Made by a program: the position numbers and the translations under genes
Shown: one piece after another, positions 40,406 to 50,720 of the stretch
Numbering within the stretch: position 1 is the first letter of the stretch
How the letters are laid out: each line of letters starts with the position of its first letter
Notes under the pieces: model-generated
What the model was told of the DNA's origin: nothing
The model's input: only the letters and a program-made list of their open reading frames with translations
The model's database searches: none
NCBI GenBank assembly: GCA_965267185.1
Contig: OZ253937.1
Coordinates: forward strand, 720,909-784,908
DNA: 64,000 nt
Reading direction: 5' to 3'
From: Alphaproteobacteria bacterium
GTDB lineage: Bacteria; Pseudomonadota; Alphaproteobacteria; UBA6615

Positions 40406-40409
40406 GGTC

Positions 40410-40877
40410 CTATCCCTGCATGGATTTTGCGCCGGCAAGGATGGACTTAACGATGTTGTGGTAGCCGGTGCAGCGGCAGAGGTTGCCCTCGAGCCATTCG
40501 CGCACGTCCTGCTCGCTTGGATCAGCGTTGGTGCGCACCAAATCGACAGCGCTCATCACCATGCCCGGTGTGCAGAAGCCGCACTGCAGGCCATGGTTCT
40601 CGCGAAACGCCTCTTGCATCGGGTGCAAGGTGTCGCCGTTTGCAAGGCCTTCGATGGTCGCCACCTCGGCGCCTTCGGCTTGCATCGCCAGCATGGTGCA
40701 CGACTTCGCCGACTCACCGTTGACGTGGACGACGCAAGCGCCGCACTGGCTGGTGTCGCACCCCACATGGGTTCCGGTTAGTCCGAGATGTTCGCGTAGA
40801 TATTGAACGAGCAAGGTCCGCGGTTCGACATCGGCCGACACGGACTTTCCGTTCACCGTCATGGACACGGTGGGCAT
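40410..40877 (-). CDS. coxS: (2Fe-2S)-binding small subunit (CoxS-like)
   Basis: [11 protein letters not shown] and CGFCTPG...CRCTGY cluster motifs; GGAGGAGAG RBS before ATG 40877. Confidence 0.9.
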   Translation of the reverse strand: MPTVSMTVNGKSVSADVEPRTLLVQYLREHLGLTGTHVGCDTSQCGACVVHVNGESAKSCTMLAMQAEGAEVATIEGLANGDTLHPMQEAFRENHGLQCGFCTPGMVMSAVDLVRTNADPSEQDVREWLEGNLCRCTGYHNIVKSILAGAKSMQG

Positions 40878-41042
40878 GGCTCTCCTCCCTCTAGTCGGGT
40901 TGCCCCGCAACAACAGAATACGCCGGCGTTTATTTATGCGCCGGTGCGTTTGATTACCGTAACGAAAGTTTCTTCCCGACAGCCCTTTAGGTCAAGCTAT
41001 CAATACGAATTTGCCGTCGGAAATTAGTTCGACGAAGTGTCA

Positions 41043-41633
41043 CTAACCTGTAAGCAATGCGATCACAACCAACGCAACAAGAATGAGCGCACCGATCCAC
41101 GTGCCGGTGTCGACTTTTGCTCCCGTAAATGCCTCCGCCGGAGCCGGGGCTGCCGCCGGTGCGCCCGCTGCCGCAGGTTCCGCTTCCGGTGCCGGACCAC
41201 CAACAACTTCGGCGAAGTTGCTGAAAAACTCGCCGGCCATTTTTTTTGCCGTGCCGTCGATCAGTCGCGCACCAAGCTGCGCCAGCTTGCCGCCGACCGT
41301 GGCGTCGACATCGTACTTCAACACCGTTGCGTCGCCATCAGCCTCGAGGCGCACATTGGCGCCACCTTTGGCAAAACCCGCCGCGCCGCCTTTGCCTTCG
41401 CCGCTGATGCGGTAGCTGTTGGGCGGGTCGAGGTCCGACAACGTGACCTGGCCGGTGAACGACGCTTTGACCGGGCCGACTTTGGCGGTGACCTTGGCGG
41501 TCATTTCTGTATCGGAAAGACGTTCGATCTCCTCGCAACCCGGAATGGCCTGTTTGAGGATCTCTGGATCGTTGAGCGCATCCCACACTTGTTGGCGCGA
41601 TGCTTCGATGCGGTATTCGCCGCTCATTTCCAT
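41043..41633 (-). CDS. coxG: CoxG-like SRPBCC protein with an Ala/Pro-rich linker and a C-terminal TM anchor
   Basis: SRPBCC/CoxG fold sequence (EYRIEASRQQVWDALNDPEILKQAIPGCE...), then PAPEAEPAAAGAPAAAPAPAE and WIGALILVALVVIALL. Confidence 0.8.
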   Translation of the reverse strand: MEMSGEYRIEASRQQVWDALNDPEILKQAIPGCEEIERLSDTEMTAKVTAKVGPVKASFTGQVTLSDLDPPNSYRISGEGKGGAAGFAKGGANVRLEADGDATVLKYDVDATVGGKLAQLGARLIDGTAKKMAGEFFSNFAEVVGGPAPEAEPAAAGAPAAAPAPAEAFTGAKVDTGTWIGALILVALVVIALLTG

Positions 41634-41708
41634 GGCGGATTGCCTCTTACGCTTAGATTGTCCCCTTAGGAGCGGAACATAGTCGCCACCTGGGGGGCAA
41701 ACAAGGGG

Positions 41709-43844
41709 CTAGCCCGCAGCGGCGCTCCGTCTGCTCGACCAAACAAGCACCAAGACGAACACGGCCAAGCCGGCGGCATGAACCGGCCAAACCGTCGGCC
41801 AAAGCAACGCCGCGCCGGCGGCTAAGGTAATGGCGCGCATCGGCCAGTTGAGCGGGCCTTCCAGATAGCCTTGCAGCGCGGCGGAAAACGCGTAGAGACC
41901 GAACACGCCGAAGAAAAAGATTTGCAAGACTTCGTTGAGGGAACCGCCGAGGAACGGCGTGTAGGCAATCAGCAAGGGCACGATGTAGAGACCCTTGGCG
42001 ATCTTCCACGACGTGAACCCGGTGGCCATGGGAGGCGTTCGGGCGATCGCGGCGGCGGCGAATGCGGTCAGACAGACCGGCGGCGTGACGTTACTGTCCT
42101 GCGACAGCCAGAAAATGATCATGTGGGCGGACAACAGCCCCGCAGTCAGAATAGCGGGGTCCAGCATTTGTTCGCGCAATAGCCCGGCGAAGTCGGCGGG
42201 CACCAGCGCGACCAGTTCGCGCGCTTGCGCCAAAGCCATCGGCTGGCCGAGCGCGGCAGCTTGCTCCGGTGCAACCAAAAGGAAGATCGCCTTGGCGTTC
42301 TCCGGCACATTGCCCGCCGCAATCGCATCGGTGAGTTGGATCGCCGAGATCATGTCGGCCAGGGCCGGCGCCGATACCGAAGCCAGCATGATGTAGGCCG
42401 CGGTCACCGGTAGCCCCATACCGAGCACGAGCGAGGCCAACGCGATCAGGACCAGCGCGATGAGCAGGCTGTTGCCGGCCCATTGGGTGATCATCAGCGA
42501 GAAAATGTTGCCGACGCCGGTCGTCGCGATAACGCTGACAACCAAACCGATGGCGACGAGCAACACGCCGATAGACACCATGTTGCGGGCGCCCAGCGCC
42601 AGCGCTTCGATCACCGCACGCGGCCCCATGCGGTTGGGTGTCAGCCACGACGCGACGACGACCGCAACAGTCGCGTAGGCGGCGGCGAAGGTTGGCGTGA
42701 ATCCTTCGATCAACAGAAACACCAGCAGAGCAATCGGCAAGATGAAGGCGATGCCGCCGCGCCGTAGAACATCGGTGAATTTGGGCAGCTCGATATCGCC
42801 GCCCAGATTGTGCCGTTTCGCTTCGATGCGTACGAAAAAGCCGACCGACAGAAAATAGAGAACGGCCGGTAAGAAACTGACGGCGATGATCTCGGTGTAA
42901 GAAATGCCGGTGAAGTTCGCCATCACGAAGGCGCCGGCCCCCATGATCGGTGGCATCAACTGACCGCCTGTCGATGCCGAGGCTTCGACCCCGGCGGCGA
43001 AGCGGGCCGGGAAGCCGGCGCCTTTCATCAATGGGATCGTCACCGAGCCGGTAGACGCTGTGTTGCCGACAGCGGAGCCCGAAATCGTACCGGTGAGGCC
43101 CGACGCGAACACCGCGACCAGACCTGGACCGCCGGTAAACCGGCCCACGGCGCAGCGCGCTAGGTCGATGATCACCGCGCTGGCGCCCGAGCGGATCAGA
43201 AACGCCGCGAACAGGATGAACATGAAGACGACGGTCGATGAGATGCGGGCGATGATGCCGAACATGCCCTCGTCGTTGTAAATGCTGCGAAACAACACCG
43301 TCTCGACCGACAAGCCGGAAAACTTGAACACGCCGCCGATCCATGCGCCCCACCACGTGACGTAGGTCAGCGCGATCACGATGAGAATGGGGATGATCCA
43401 CCCGGTGGTACGCCGGGTGAGTTCGAGAGCGGCGATAATACAGATGAAACCGGCGATCCAGTCGAGGGTCGACAGGCGGACGCCGCGCGCATAGATCGCT
43501 GATTCCTGCGATGCCAAATAGATCGCGCTGACGGCCGTGGCGACGCCGATCACGATATCGACGGCCAACAAAAGCCGCTGCGTCGACGGCCGGCGTGTCG
43601 CATAGAGCGGATAGATCAGCGCGCACAAAAAACCGAGGCCGGCGAAGTGCCAGGCCGACTGCCATAAGGTTGAAATGGTTGCGAACGTATTGAAGTAGAT
43701 ATGGGCGATTGCCACCGCAACGGCGATGGCGCTCACGGTCAACGCGAGCAGGCCTGTGTGGTGGCGTGTCAGCGATGAGACTTCGCCGACATCGGCATCG
43801 TCTGCGGCCGGTGCGGCTGTCGGCGTTGTGTCCGATTGGCTCAT
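41709..43844 (-). CDS. TRAP transporter fused permease (TAXI-associated DctQM-type)
   Basis: 711 aa, highly hydrophobic, DctM-like motifs. The alternate-frame ORF at 42091..43872 is rejected. Confidence 0.85.
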   Translation of the reverse strand: MSQSDTTPTAAPAADDADVGEVSSLTRHHTGLLALTVSAIAVAVAIAHIYFNTFATISTLWQSAWHFAGLGFLCALIYPLYATRRPSTQRLLLAVDIVIGVATAVSAIYLASQESAIYARGVRLSTLDWIAGFICIIAALELTRRTTGWIIPILIVIALTYVTWWGAWIGGVFKFSGLSVETVLFRSIYNDEGMFGIIARISSTVVFMFILFAAFLIRSGASAVIIDLARCAVGRFTGGPGLVAVFASGLTGTISGSAVGNTASTGSVTIPLMKGAGFPARFAAGVEASASTGGQLMPPIMGAGAFVMANFTGISYTEIIAVSFLPAVLYFLSVGFFVRIEAKRHNLGGDIELPKFTDVLRRGGIAFILPIALLVFLLIEGFTPTFAAAYATVAVVVASWLTPNRMGPRAVIEALALGARNMVSIGVLLVAIGLVVSVIATTGVGNIFSLMITQWAGNSLLIALVLIALASLVLGMGLPVTAAYIMLASVSAPALADMISAIQLTDAIAAGNVPENAKAIFLLVAPEQAAALGQPMALAQARELVALVPADFAGLLREQMLDPAILTAGLLSAHMIIFWLSQDSNVTPPVCLTAFAAAAIARTPPMATGFTSWKIAKGLYIVPLLIAYTPFLGGSLNEVLQIFFFGVFGLYAFSAALQGYLEGPLNWPMRAITLAAGAALLWPTVWPVHAAGLAVFVLVLVWSSRRSAAAG

Positions 43845-43917
43845 GGGCGCGTCGCCATTCTACACATGACAAAGGCCCGCCCGGTGGGGCGGGCCATCGT
43901 CACGTTTTGCCGTGTGG

Positions 43918-44943
43918 CTATTTGGCCATCAGGTTTTCCGGTACGTCGACGCCAACTTCCTTGTAGTAGCGCAGCGCGCCCGGATGCAGCGGCATCGGCA
44001 GCCCGGCAATGGCGCGCTCGATGCTCATGGCTTTGGTTGCCGCGTGGATACCCTGCAGGAACGGCAGGTTCTCGTAGACCGTTTTGGTGATCTGATAGAC
44101 CACGTCGTCGGGAATATCGGCGCGCACGGCCAAGAAGTTCGGCTGTGCGATAGTGGTCAGGTCTTTGTCCTGCCCGGGATAGGTGCCTGCTTTCACGGTG
44201 AACGGCGTCCAGAGGCCCAGCCCGCCGTCCGCTTTACGTGCCTGCTCCGGCGTCATGTTCAGCACTACGGCGTCATCGCCCATGGCCGCGAGCGCTTGGG
44301 TTACGGCACCGACAGGCGCGCCGGCCGGAGTAGACATGCCTTCGATGTTGCCGTTTTGCAGTGCTTCGGCGCTCGGTCCGTAGCCCATGAAGGCCAAATC
44401 GAACTCCTTATCCATATCGACGCCGAGATTTTTCATGATCACCCGGTTCGATCCGATGGTGCCGGAGTTCTGGCGGCCCATGGAAACCTTCTTGCCCTTC
44501 AGCGCCATGAAGTCGTCGAGCGTGCCGGTCTTGGCGTATTCGGCCTTAACGACGAAATGCTCGACATTCGACCACAGCATACTGATCGCCCGTAATCCGG
44601 TTTGCGGGCCGTCGGCGCTAATCGGTCCGGTGCCGTTCCAGGCGTAGGAGCCGAACAGGCCCTGAACGATGGCGAACTGGGCTTCGTTGTCGCGCAGCAG
44701 CTTGATGTTCTCACCCGAACCGGCCGAGCTGATCGCCGAGACGTTGATTTTTTGCTTCGGCTGCAACTTGACCTTGATCAGCGTCGAGAGTGCAACGCCG
44801 ACGGGATAGTAGGTGCCGCCGGTGCTCGCCGTGGCGAGCAGGTAATCGCGCGCTTCTTGCGCCTGGGCCGGCGGGGCCGACGCCGCGCCAAGTACAACAG
44901 TCGATGCGACCGCCAGGGCCGCCAATTTAAGGCGATGGGTCAT
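43918..44943 (-). CDS. TAXI-family TRAP transporter solute receptor
   Basis: Signal peptide; LATASTGGTYYPVGVALS motif typical of TAXI. Confidence 0.85.
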   Translation of the reverse strand: MTHRLKLAALAVASTVVLGAASAPPAQAQEARDYLLATASTGGTYYPVGVALSTLIKVKLQPKQKINVSAISSAGSGENIKLLRDNEAQFAIVQGLFGSYAWNGTGPISADGPQTGLRAISMLWSNVEHFVVKAEYAKTGTLDDFMALKGKKVSMGRQNSGTIGSNRVIMKNLGVDMDKEFDLAFMGYGPSAEALQNGNIEGMSTPAGAPVGAVTQALAAMGDDAVVLNMTPEQARKADGGLGLWTPFTVKAGTYPGQDKDLTTIAQPNFLAVRADIPDDVVYQITKTVYENLPFLQGIHAATKAMSIERAIAGLPMPLHPGALRYYKEVGVDVPENLMAK

Positions 44944-45261
44944 TGGGTTCTCTCTCCTCTAAGCCTGAAATCGTTGTGGCGATTGAATTCTAAACGCCGT
45001 TATGTGGTAGCTAAGCATTCGATTGCCGGGGCGTCTACCAGACTATCGTCGAATGAAATCAAACATGCGCGATGGGCGAAAAGTGAGGCGCGTACAAGCT
45101 TGCGCGACGAATGAATGCGAGTAGTATGCGCACCGGCTGTCGGCAGCCGATGGTCAACAATAAGAAGCTGCCATCAGTTACGTGGGAGGAGGGAAGTACG
45201 CCGGGCGTGGCCGCGATGCGGCGCCGGTTCCCTCCGATAAAGGAATCGGAGACGGGGCCCG

Positions 45262-45744
45262 GTGCTTTATTTCGCCAGTTCAGTCGTTGTCAGTTATATC
45301 TTCTGGCTGGTGCTCTCCGGGCACTATACGCCGACCCTCATGATCATCGGTGCGGTGTCGTCGGTCGCTGTTGTGGCGCTGTCGAGCCGCATGGCGGTGA
45401 TCGACCGCGAAGGTCATCCGATTTATCTGCTGGTGCGTGCCTCCTGGTATTGGCCTTGGCTGGTCTGGCAGATCATCAAGTCGGGTGTGGACGTCTCGCG
45501 CATCATCCTGTCGCCGTCGCTGCCCATCAGTCCGACACTGATCAACGTGAAAGCCACTCAGAAGTCGGTGGTCGGTGTCGTCACCTACGCCAATTCGATC
45601 ACGCTCACGCCCGGCACCGTGTCGGTCGAAGTGGAAGACGATGAAATCACCGTCCATGCGATCACGCGCGCCGGCGCAATGGATCTGGCGGAGGGCGAGA
45701 TGGACCGCATGGTGAGCCGCTTCGACGGAGGCGTGGCATCATGA
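45262..45744 (+). CDS. mrpE: Mrp/Mnh antiporter subunit E-like
   Basis: 160 aa. MnhE-like (LVLSGHYTP... VVGVVTYANSITLTPGT). First gene of the cluster. Confidence 0.75.
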   Translation: MLYFASSVVVSYIFWLVLSGHYTPTLMIIGAVSSVAVVALSSRMAVIDREGHPIYLLVRASWYWPWLVWQIIKSGVDVSRIILSPSLPISPTLINVKATQKSVVGVVTYANSITLTPGTVSVEVEDDEITVHAITRAGAMDLAEGEMDRMVSRFDGGVAS

Positions 45745-45998
45745 GCATGTTCGCCGTTGCCATGGTCGCGGTTCTGGTCAGCCTGGCGCTGGCAATCCTG
45801 CGGGCAGCCCTCGGGCCGACCATGTTCGACCGGGTGTTAGCGGCCAATACGACCGGAACATTAGCGGTTCTAGTGCTCGCTTTGATCGGCTTCGTCACCG
45901 GACGGCCCGAGTTCCTCGACATCGCCATTCTTTACACGCTGCTTAACCTGGTCGGCACCATCGCCGTCTTGCGCTATTTCCACCCGAGCCAGAACTGA
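45741..45998 (+). CDS. mrpF: Mrp/Mnh antiporter subunit F-like
   Basis: 85 aa, 3 TM; ILRAALGPTMFDRVLAANTTGT. ATGA overlap with the upstream gene. Confidence 0.75.
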   Translation: MSMFAVAMVAVLVSLALAILRAALGPTMFDRVLAANTTGTLAVLVLALIGFVTGRPEFLDIAILYTLLNLVGTIAVLRYFHPSQN

Positions 45999-46001
45999 GC
46001 G

Positions 46002-46355
46002 ATGGCCGTTATCGTCGACATTCTGAGTTGGATTCTTCTGGCCGCGGGGGGGGCATTTTGCCTGATCGGTACCCTTGGGTTGCTTCGCATGCCGGACCTG
46101 TTTGCGCGGATCCACGGCGCGTCGGTGACCGATACGCTCGGCGCCGGCTTTATCATCGCCGGTTTGATCCTTCAGGCAGGATTTACCCTGGTCGCCGCCA
46201 AACTGGTGATCATTATGGCGCTGATCTTGCTGACCACGCCGGTGGCCACTCATGCGCTGGCGCAGGCCGCGCTCCACGCGGGCAATCGTCCGAAACTCGC
46301 CCATGACGAAACAGGCGGCCGCATCGCCGGGGAGGACGGACCATCGAACTCCTGA
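46002..46355 (+). CDS. mrpG: Mrp/Mnh antiporter subunit G-like
   Basis: 117 aa; GAFCLIGTLGLLRMPDLFARIHGASVTDTLG (MnhG signature). Confidence 0.8.
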   Translation: MAVIVDILSWILLAAGGAFCLIGTLGLLRMPDLFARIHGASVTDTLGAGFIIAGLILQAGFTLVAAKLVIIMALILLTTPVATHALAQAALHAGNRPKLAHDETGGRIAGEDGPSNS

Positions 46356-46366
46356 TCAATACGGTC

Positions 46367-46915
46367 TTGCTGCTGCTCATGGTGGTGACGGTCATTGCCG
46401 TGATCCGCGCCCACAATCTGTTTGTGGTGGTGATGCTGGGCGGCATCTACAGCTTCTTGATGGCGACGGTCATGGTGGCGCTGGATGCGGTCGACGTGGC
46501 GATGACCGAAGCGGCGGTGGGCGCGGGCATGTCGACGGTGCTGCTGCTCGCCGTGCTCGGTTTGGTCAAAACGCGCGAGGCGCCGTTGCGCCACAGCCCG
46601 GTCATCCCGCTGATTATCTGCTTGCTGACCGGCGGCGCGCTGATCTACGGCACCGTCGATTTGCCGCCGTTCGGCCGGGCCGACAATCCGCAGAACCAGC
46701 ATGTGGCGCCCTACTATATTGAAAACTCCAAAAAGGAGACGGGCGCGCCAAACATGGTCACTGCGGTGCTGGCCAGCTACCGCGGCTACGACACGCTGGG
46801 CGAGGCGACGGTAATCTTTACCGGCGGCATCGGCGTTTTGGTTCTGCTTACGGCTGTGCGCCGGCGGCGAAACGGAACCGGGCAAAACGCCAAGGCTAAG
46901 GAGCAGGCCGAATGA
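46367..46915 (+). CDS. MrpA C-terminal-like subunit (DUF4040 + MnhB-like domain)
   Basis: NMVTAVLASYRGYDTLGEATVIFTGGIGV matches the MnhB family signature; the N-terminal portion is DUF4040-like. Confidence 0.7.
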   Translation: MLLLMVVTVIAVIRAHNLFVVVMLGGIYSFLMATVMVALDAVDVAMTEAAVGAGMSTVLLLAVLGLVKTREAPLRHSPVIPLIICLLTGGALIYGTVDLPPFGRADNPQNQHVAPYYIENSKKETGAPNMVTAVLASYRGYDTLGEATVIFTGGIGVLVLLTAVRRRRNGTGQNAKAKEQAE

Positions 46916-47397
46916 TGCGCGATACCATCATATTGCGCGTCGTGGTCAAGCTGCTGCTGCCGATGATCCTGTTGTTCGCGCTTTATGTGCAGTTCCATGG
47001 CGACTACGGCCCCGGCGGCGGCTTCCAGGCCGGCGTCGCGGCGGCCGCGGCGATCATCCTCTACGGTATGATCTTCGGTACCACGGCGGCGCGCCATGTG
47101 GTGCCCCAGCGCGTCGTTCATATACTTATTCCGCTTGGCATACTGATCTTCGCCGGCACCGGCGTGGTGGGGCTGCTGATGGGGGCGAATTTCCTCGACT
47201 ATACGCCGCTCGGCAGCACGCAAGCAGCTGGCCAGCATCTGGGGATTCTGATCGTCGAGCTCGGGGTTTTCGTGACAGTGGCATCGACGATGCTGGCGAT
47301 TTTCTACGCCTTCGGGGCCCGCGCGGAGGATGCGTTGGGAGAGGATGAAGACGACGGCCATTCCGCTACCAGATTCGACGATTGGCACGAAGAATGA
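46912..47397 (+). CDS. mrpB: Mrp/Mnh antiporter subunit B-like
   Basis: QFHGDYGPGGGFQAGV (MnhB signature). Confidence 0.75.
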   Translation: MMRDTIILRVVVKLLLPMILLFALYVQFHGDYGPGGGFQAGVAAAAAIILYGMIFGTTAARHVVPQRVVHILIPLGILIFAGTGVVGLLMGANFLDYTPLGSTQAAGQHLGILIVELGVFVTVASTMLAIFYAFGARAEDALGEDEDDGHSATRFDDWHEE

Positions 47398-47747
47398 CCG
47401 AAATTCTCGCCAGCATTAATTACTGGGTCACCATCTTCTTGATGGTCGCGGGCCTCTACATCATCGTCGCCCACGGCAACATGATCAAGAAACTGGTTGG
47501 CCTGGCGATCTTTCAGACCTCGGTCTATCTGCTGTTCCTCTCGCCGGGCAAGATTATCGGCGGCACGGCGCCGATCCTCGCCAAGGAATTCGAGCTTTAT
47601 TCCAACCCGCTGCCCCATGTCTTGATCCTGACCGCTATCGTGGTCGGCGTGGCGACCATCGCGCTCGGTATGGCCTTTGTCGTACGCATTCACGAAGCCT
47701 ACGGCACCGTCGAAGACGACGAGTTGCACGAGCTGGAGACCGATTGA
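47394..47747 (+). CDS. mrpC: Mrp/Mnh antiporter subunit C-like (NuoK-like)
   Basis: LVGLAIFQTSVYLLFLS; ATGA overlap with mrpB. Confidence 0.8.
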   Translation: MTEILASINYWVTIFLMVAGLYIIVAHGNMIKKLVGLAIFQTSVYLLFLSPGKIIGGTAPILAKEFELYSNPLPHVLILTAIVVGVATIALGMAFVVRIHEAYGTVEDDELHELETD

Positions 47748-49228
47748 TGATCGCGCTCCACCTGCCAGCGCTCCAGGTCGTGCTGCCGCTTTTGGCGGCG
47801 CCGCTCTGCGCCATATTCAGGCGCGGGCTCCTGGCGTGGGGGATTACGCTGATCGCCAGTTGGGCTGCCTTCGCCGCGGCCATCGGTTTGCTGCTGCGTG
47901 TACTCGATCAAGGGGTGATCTCCTACGAGCTCGGTGGTTGGGCGCCGCCGTTCGGCATCGAGTACCGGGTCGATCTGATCAACGCGTTCGTGCTGTTGGT
48001 GATTTCCGGCGTCGGCGCGGTGATCATTCCCTACGCCCGTAAGAGCATCGAAGCGCGCTTCGGCAGCACCGAGCAGGCCTGGTTCTACACCATGTATCTG
48101 CTGGCGCTGACCGGTTTGCTCGGCGTGACGATCACCGGCGACGCGTTCAATATCTTCGTCTTTCTCGAAATATCGTCGCTTGCCAGCTACGTGATGATCG
48201 CCATGGGCCGCGACCGGCGCTGCCTGACCGCCGCCTATCAGTATCTGATTATGGGCACGGTGGGCGCCACCTTCATTGTCATCGGCATCGGTTTGCTGTG
48301 GGCGATGACGGGGACGCTCAACCTGTACGATCTGGCGCAGCGCATTCCCGAGATTCAGAACACAAGGCCGGTGCTCGCCGCGCTGGCGTTCCTCACCGTC
48401 GGTATCTCGCTCAAACTGGCGTTGTTTCCGCTGCACCTCTGGCTACCCAACGCCTATGCCTACGCGCCGTCGGTGACCAGCGCGTTCCTGTCGGGCACGG
48501 CGACCAAGGTCGCGATCTACCTGTTCTTGAGATTTTTCTACACCGTGTTCGGGGGTGAAGGGTTTTTCGAAACCACGCCGCTGCCGGAGATCCTGTTGGT
48601 CCTCTCACTCGTGGCGATGTTTGCGGCCTCGACCGTCGCGGTCTTCCAAAGCAACGTGAAGCGCATGCTGGCCTATTCCAGCGTGGCGCAGATCGGTTTC
48701 ATCACGTTGGGTATCAGCTACGCGACGCAAACCGGCCTGACGGGTGCGATGGCGCATATCTTCAACCACGCCATCATGAAAGCCGGCCTGTTCTTGCTAA
48801 TCGGCAACGTTCTGTTCCGCCTCGGCTCGGTGCGGATCGAGGATATGGCGGGGATCGGCCGCACCATGCCCCTGACCATGGCGGGCTTCGTGTTGCTCGG
48901 CCTGAGCCTGTTGGGCACACCCGGCACTGTGGGCTTTATCAGCAAATGGTATCTCGGCCTGGCGGCGGTGGAGCAGGGGCAGTGGTGGCTGGTCGGGCTG
49001 ATCGTTATCGCCTCGCTGGTGACCATGATCTATGTCGGCCGGGTGGTCGAAGTGGCCTATTTCCGCGAGCCGACGGAGAAGGTGGCGCAATTGAAAGAGG
49101 CGCCGGCGTCGCTGCTGGTGCCGGCGTATGTTTTGGTCGGCGCGGCGATCTATTTCGGCCTCGAGACATCCCTTTCGGTCGGTCTGGCACAAGACGCCGC
49201 ATCGCGGCTGCTTGATGCGCTTTACTAG
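47747..49228 (+). CDS. mrpD: MrpD/NuoLMN-family proton-pumping subunit, paralog 1
   Basis: 493 aa; 14-TM antiporter-like fold motifs (FNIFVFLEISSLASY..., HAIMKAGLFLL). Confidence 0.85.
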   Translation: MIALHLPALQVVLPLLAAPLCAIFRRGLLAWGITLIASWAAFAAAIGLLLRVLDQGVISYELGGWAPPFGIEYRVDLINAFVLLVISGVGAVIIPYARKSIEARFGSTEQAWFYTMYLLALTGLLGVTITGDAFNIFVFLEISSLASYVMIAMGRDRRCLTAAYQYLIMGTVGATFIVIGIGLLWAMTGTLNLYDLAQRIPEIQNTRPVLAALAFLTVGISLKLALFPLHLWLPNAYAYAPSVTSAFLSGTATKVAIYLFLRFFYTVFGGEGFFETTPLPEILLVLSLVAMFAASTVAVFQSNVKRMLAYSSVAQIGFITLGISYATQTGLTGAMAHIFNHAIMKAGLFLLIGNVLFRLGSVRIEDMAGIGRTMPLTMAGFVLLGLSLLGTPGTVGFISKWYLGLAAVEQGQWWLVGLIVIASLVTMIYVGRVVEVAYFREPTEKVAQLKEAPASLLVPAYVLVGAAIYFGLETSLSVGLAQDAASRLLDALY

Positions 49229-49237
49229 GATTTCACC

Positions 49238-50701
49238 GTGAGCCCGACCGACGCCCTCATAGCAGCCTTGCTCGTGCCCACCGCGGGCGCGGTGTTGATT
49301 GCCCTGGTGGGACGTTGGCCGAACCTGCGCGAGACCGTGACCCTGGTGACGGCGCTGCTGCTGTTCGCCGCCGTGCTGCAAATCGCGCCGTCGGTGATGG
49401 ACGGCGGGCGGCCTGCCGTATCGGCGTTGGTGGTGGCGCCGGGGCTCGAACTCGCGTTCGAGGTCGAGCCGCTCGGCCTGTTGTTCGCCCTGATCGCCTC
49501 GTTCCTGTGGATCGTCAACTCGCTTTATTCGATCGGCTATATGCGCGGCAACAAGGAAGCGCGGCAAACCCAGTTCTACGTCGCGTTCGCCGTGGCGCTG
49601 GCCTCGACCATGGGCATCGCGCTCTCCGCCAACCTGTTCACGCTGTTCATTTTCTACGAAGTGCTGACGCTTTCGACCTATCCGCTGGTCGCCCACCACG
49701 GCGACGCCAAGGCGCGGGGCGGGGCGCGCACCTATCTGCTGATTTTGCTGTCGACATCGATCGTTTTCCTCATTCCCGCGCTGTTGTGGACGCTTGGACT
49801 CGCTGGCACGCTCGATTTCACCCAAGGGGGCATCCTGAGCGGTGTCAGCCCGCTCACCACCGGGCTGCTGCTGGCGTTGTTCGCGTTTGGTATCGGCAAA
49901 GCGGCGGTGATGCCGTTTCACCGCTGGCTGCCGTCGGCCATGGTGGCGCCGACACCTGTCAGTGCGTTGTTGCATGCGGTGGCGGTTGTTAAAGCCGGCG
50001 TGTTCTCGGTGCTCAAGGTGGTGGTCTACATTTTTGGGCCCGAGCATCTGCTGGCGACCGGCGCCTCGGAATGGCTGGTTTACCTGGCGACCTTCTCGTT
50101 GCTCGCCGCCTCGGTCGTCGCTTTGACCAAGGATAACCTCAAGGCGCGGCTGGCCTATTCGACCGTCAGCCAGCTTGCTTATATCGTGCTCGGCGCGGCC
50201 ATCGCCACGCCGCTGGCTCTGGTCGGCGCGGCGATGCACATTATGACCCATGCGTTCGGCAAGATTACGCTGTTTTTCGTCGCCGGCGCGATCCACACTG
50301 CGGCCCATAAAACCGAAGTGAGCCAGTTGAACGGAATTGGCCGGGCGATGCCGTTTACCATGGCCGCGTTCTTCATCGGCGCGTTGTCGATTATCGGTTT
50401 ACCGCCGCTCGGCGGCGCGTGGAGCAAGCTCTATATCGCGCTCGGCGGGATGGACGGCGATTACGGCTTTGTCGTGGCGGCGCTGATGATTAGCTCGGTG
50501 CTCAACGTCGCCTACTTGATGCCCATCGTCGTGCGCGCGTTCTTCACACCGCCCGCCGAAGGCGAAGAGATTACCAAAATGAAGGAAGCCCCTTGGCTTT
50601 GCGTGATCCCGCTGTGCTTTACCGCGCTGGCCTGCGGCGTTTTGTTTTTCCTGCCAGACCGGCTCGAAGTGTTCCTCGGCGGCATCATGGGCGCGAGCTA
50701 G
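49238..50701 (+). CDS. MrpD/NuoLMN-family proton-pumping subunit, paralog 2
   Basis: 487 aa; FTLFIFYEVLTLSTYPLV, HAVAVVKAGVF, HAFGKITLFF. Confidence 0.85.
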   Translation: MSPTDALIAALLVPTAGAVLIALVGRWPNLRETVTLVTALLLFAAVLQIAPSVMDGGRPAVSALVVAPGLELAFEVEPLGLLFALIASFLWIVNSLYSIGYMRGNKEARQTQFYVAFAVALASTMGIALSANLFTLFIFYEVLTLSTYPLVAHHGDAKARGGARTYLLILLSTSIVFLIPALLWTLGLAGTLDFTQGGILSGVSPLTTGLLLALFAFGIGKAAVMPFHRWLPSAMVAPTPVSALLHAVAVVKAGVFSVLKVVVYIFGPEHLLATGASEWLVYLATFSLLAASVVALTKDNLKARLAYSTVSQLAYIVLGAAIATPLALVGAAMHIMTHAFGKITLFFVAGAIHTAAHKTEVSQLNGIGRAMPFTMAAFFIGALSIIGLPPLGGAWSKLYIALGGMDGDYGFVVAALMISSVLNVAYLMPIVVRAFFTPPAEGEEITKMKEAPWLCVIPLCFTALACGVLFFLPDRLEVFLGGIMGAS

Positions 50702-50720
50702 GCGAGAGGAGGGAGCGAAG

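Noticed and set aside
42091-43872. 593-aa minus-strand ORF overlapping the TRAP permease in another frame
   Set aside because: It is an alternate frame of a strongly hydrophobic, recognisable TRAP permease. Its Arg/Gly-rich translation is implausible.
48797-50308. 503-aa minus-strand ORF antisense to the MrpD-like genes
   Set aside because: Antisense artefact. It is extremely Arg/Gln/His-rich and has no family resemblance.
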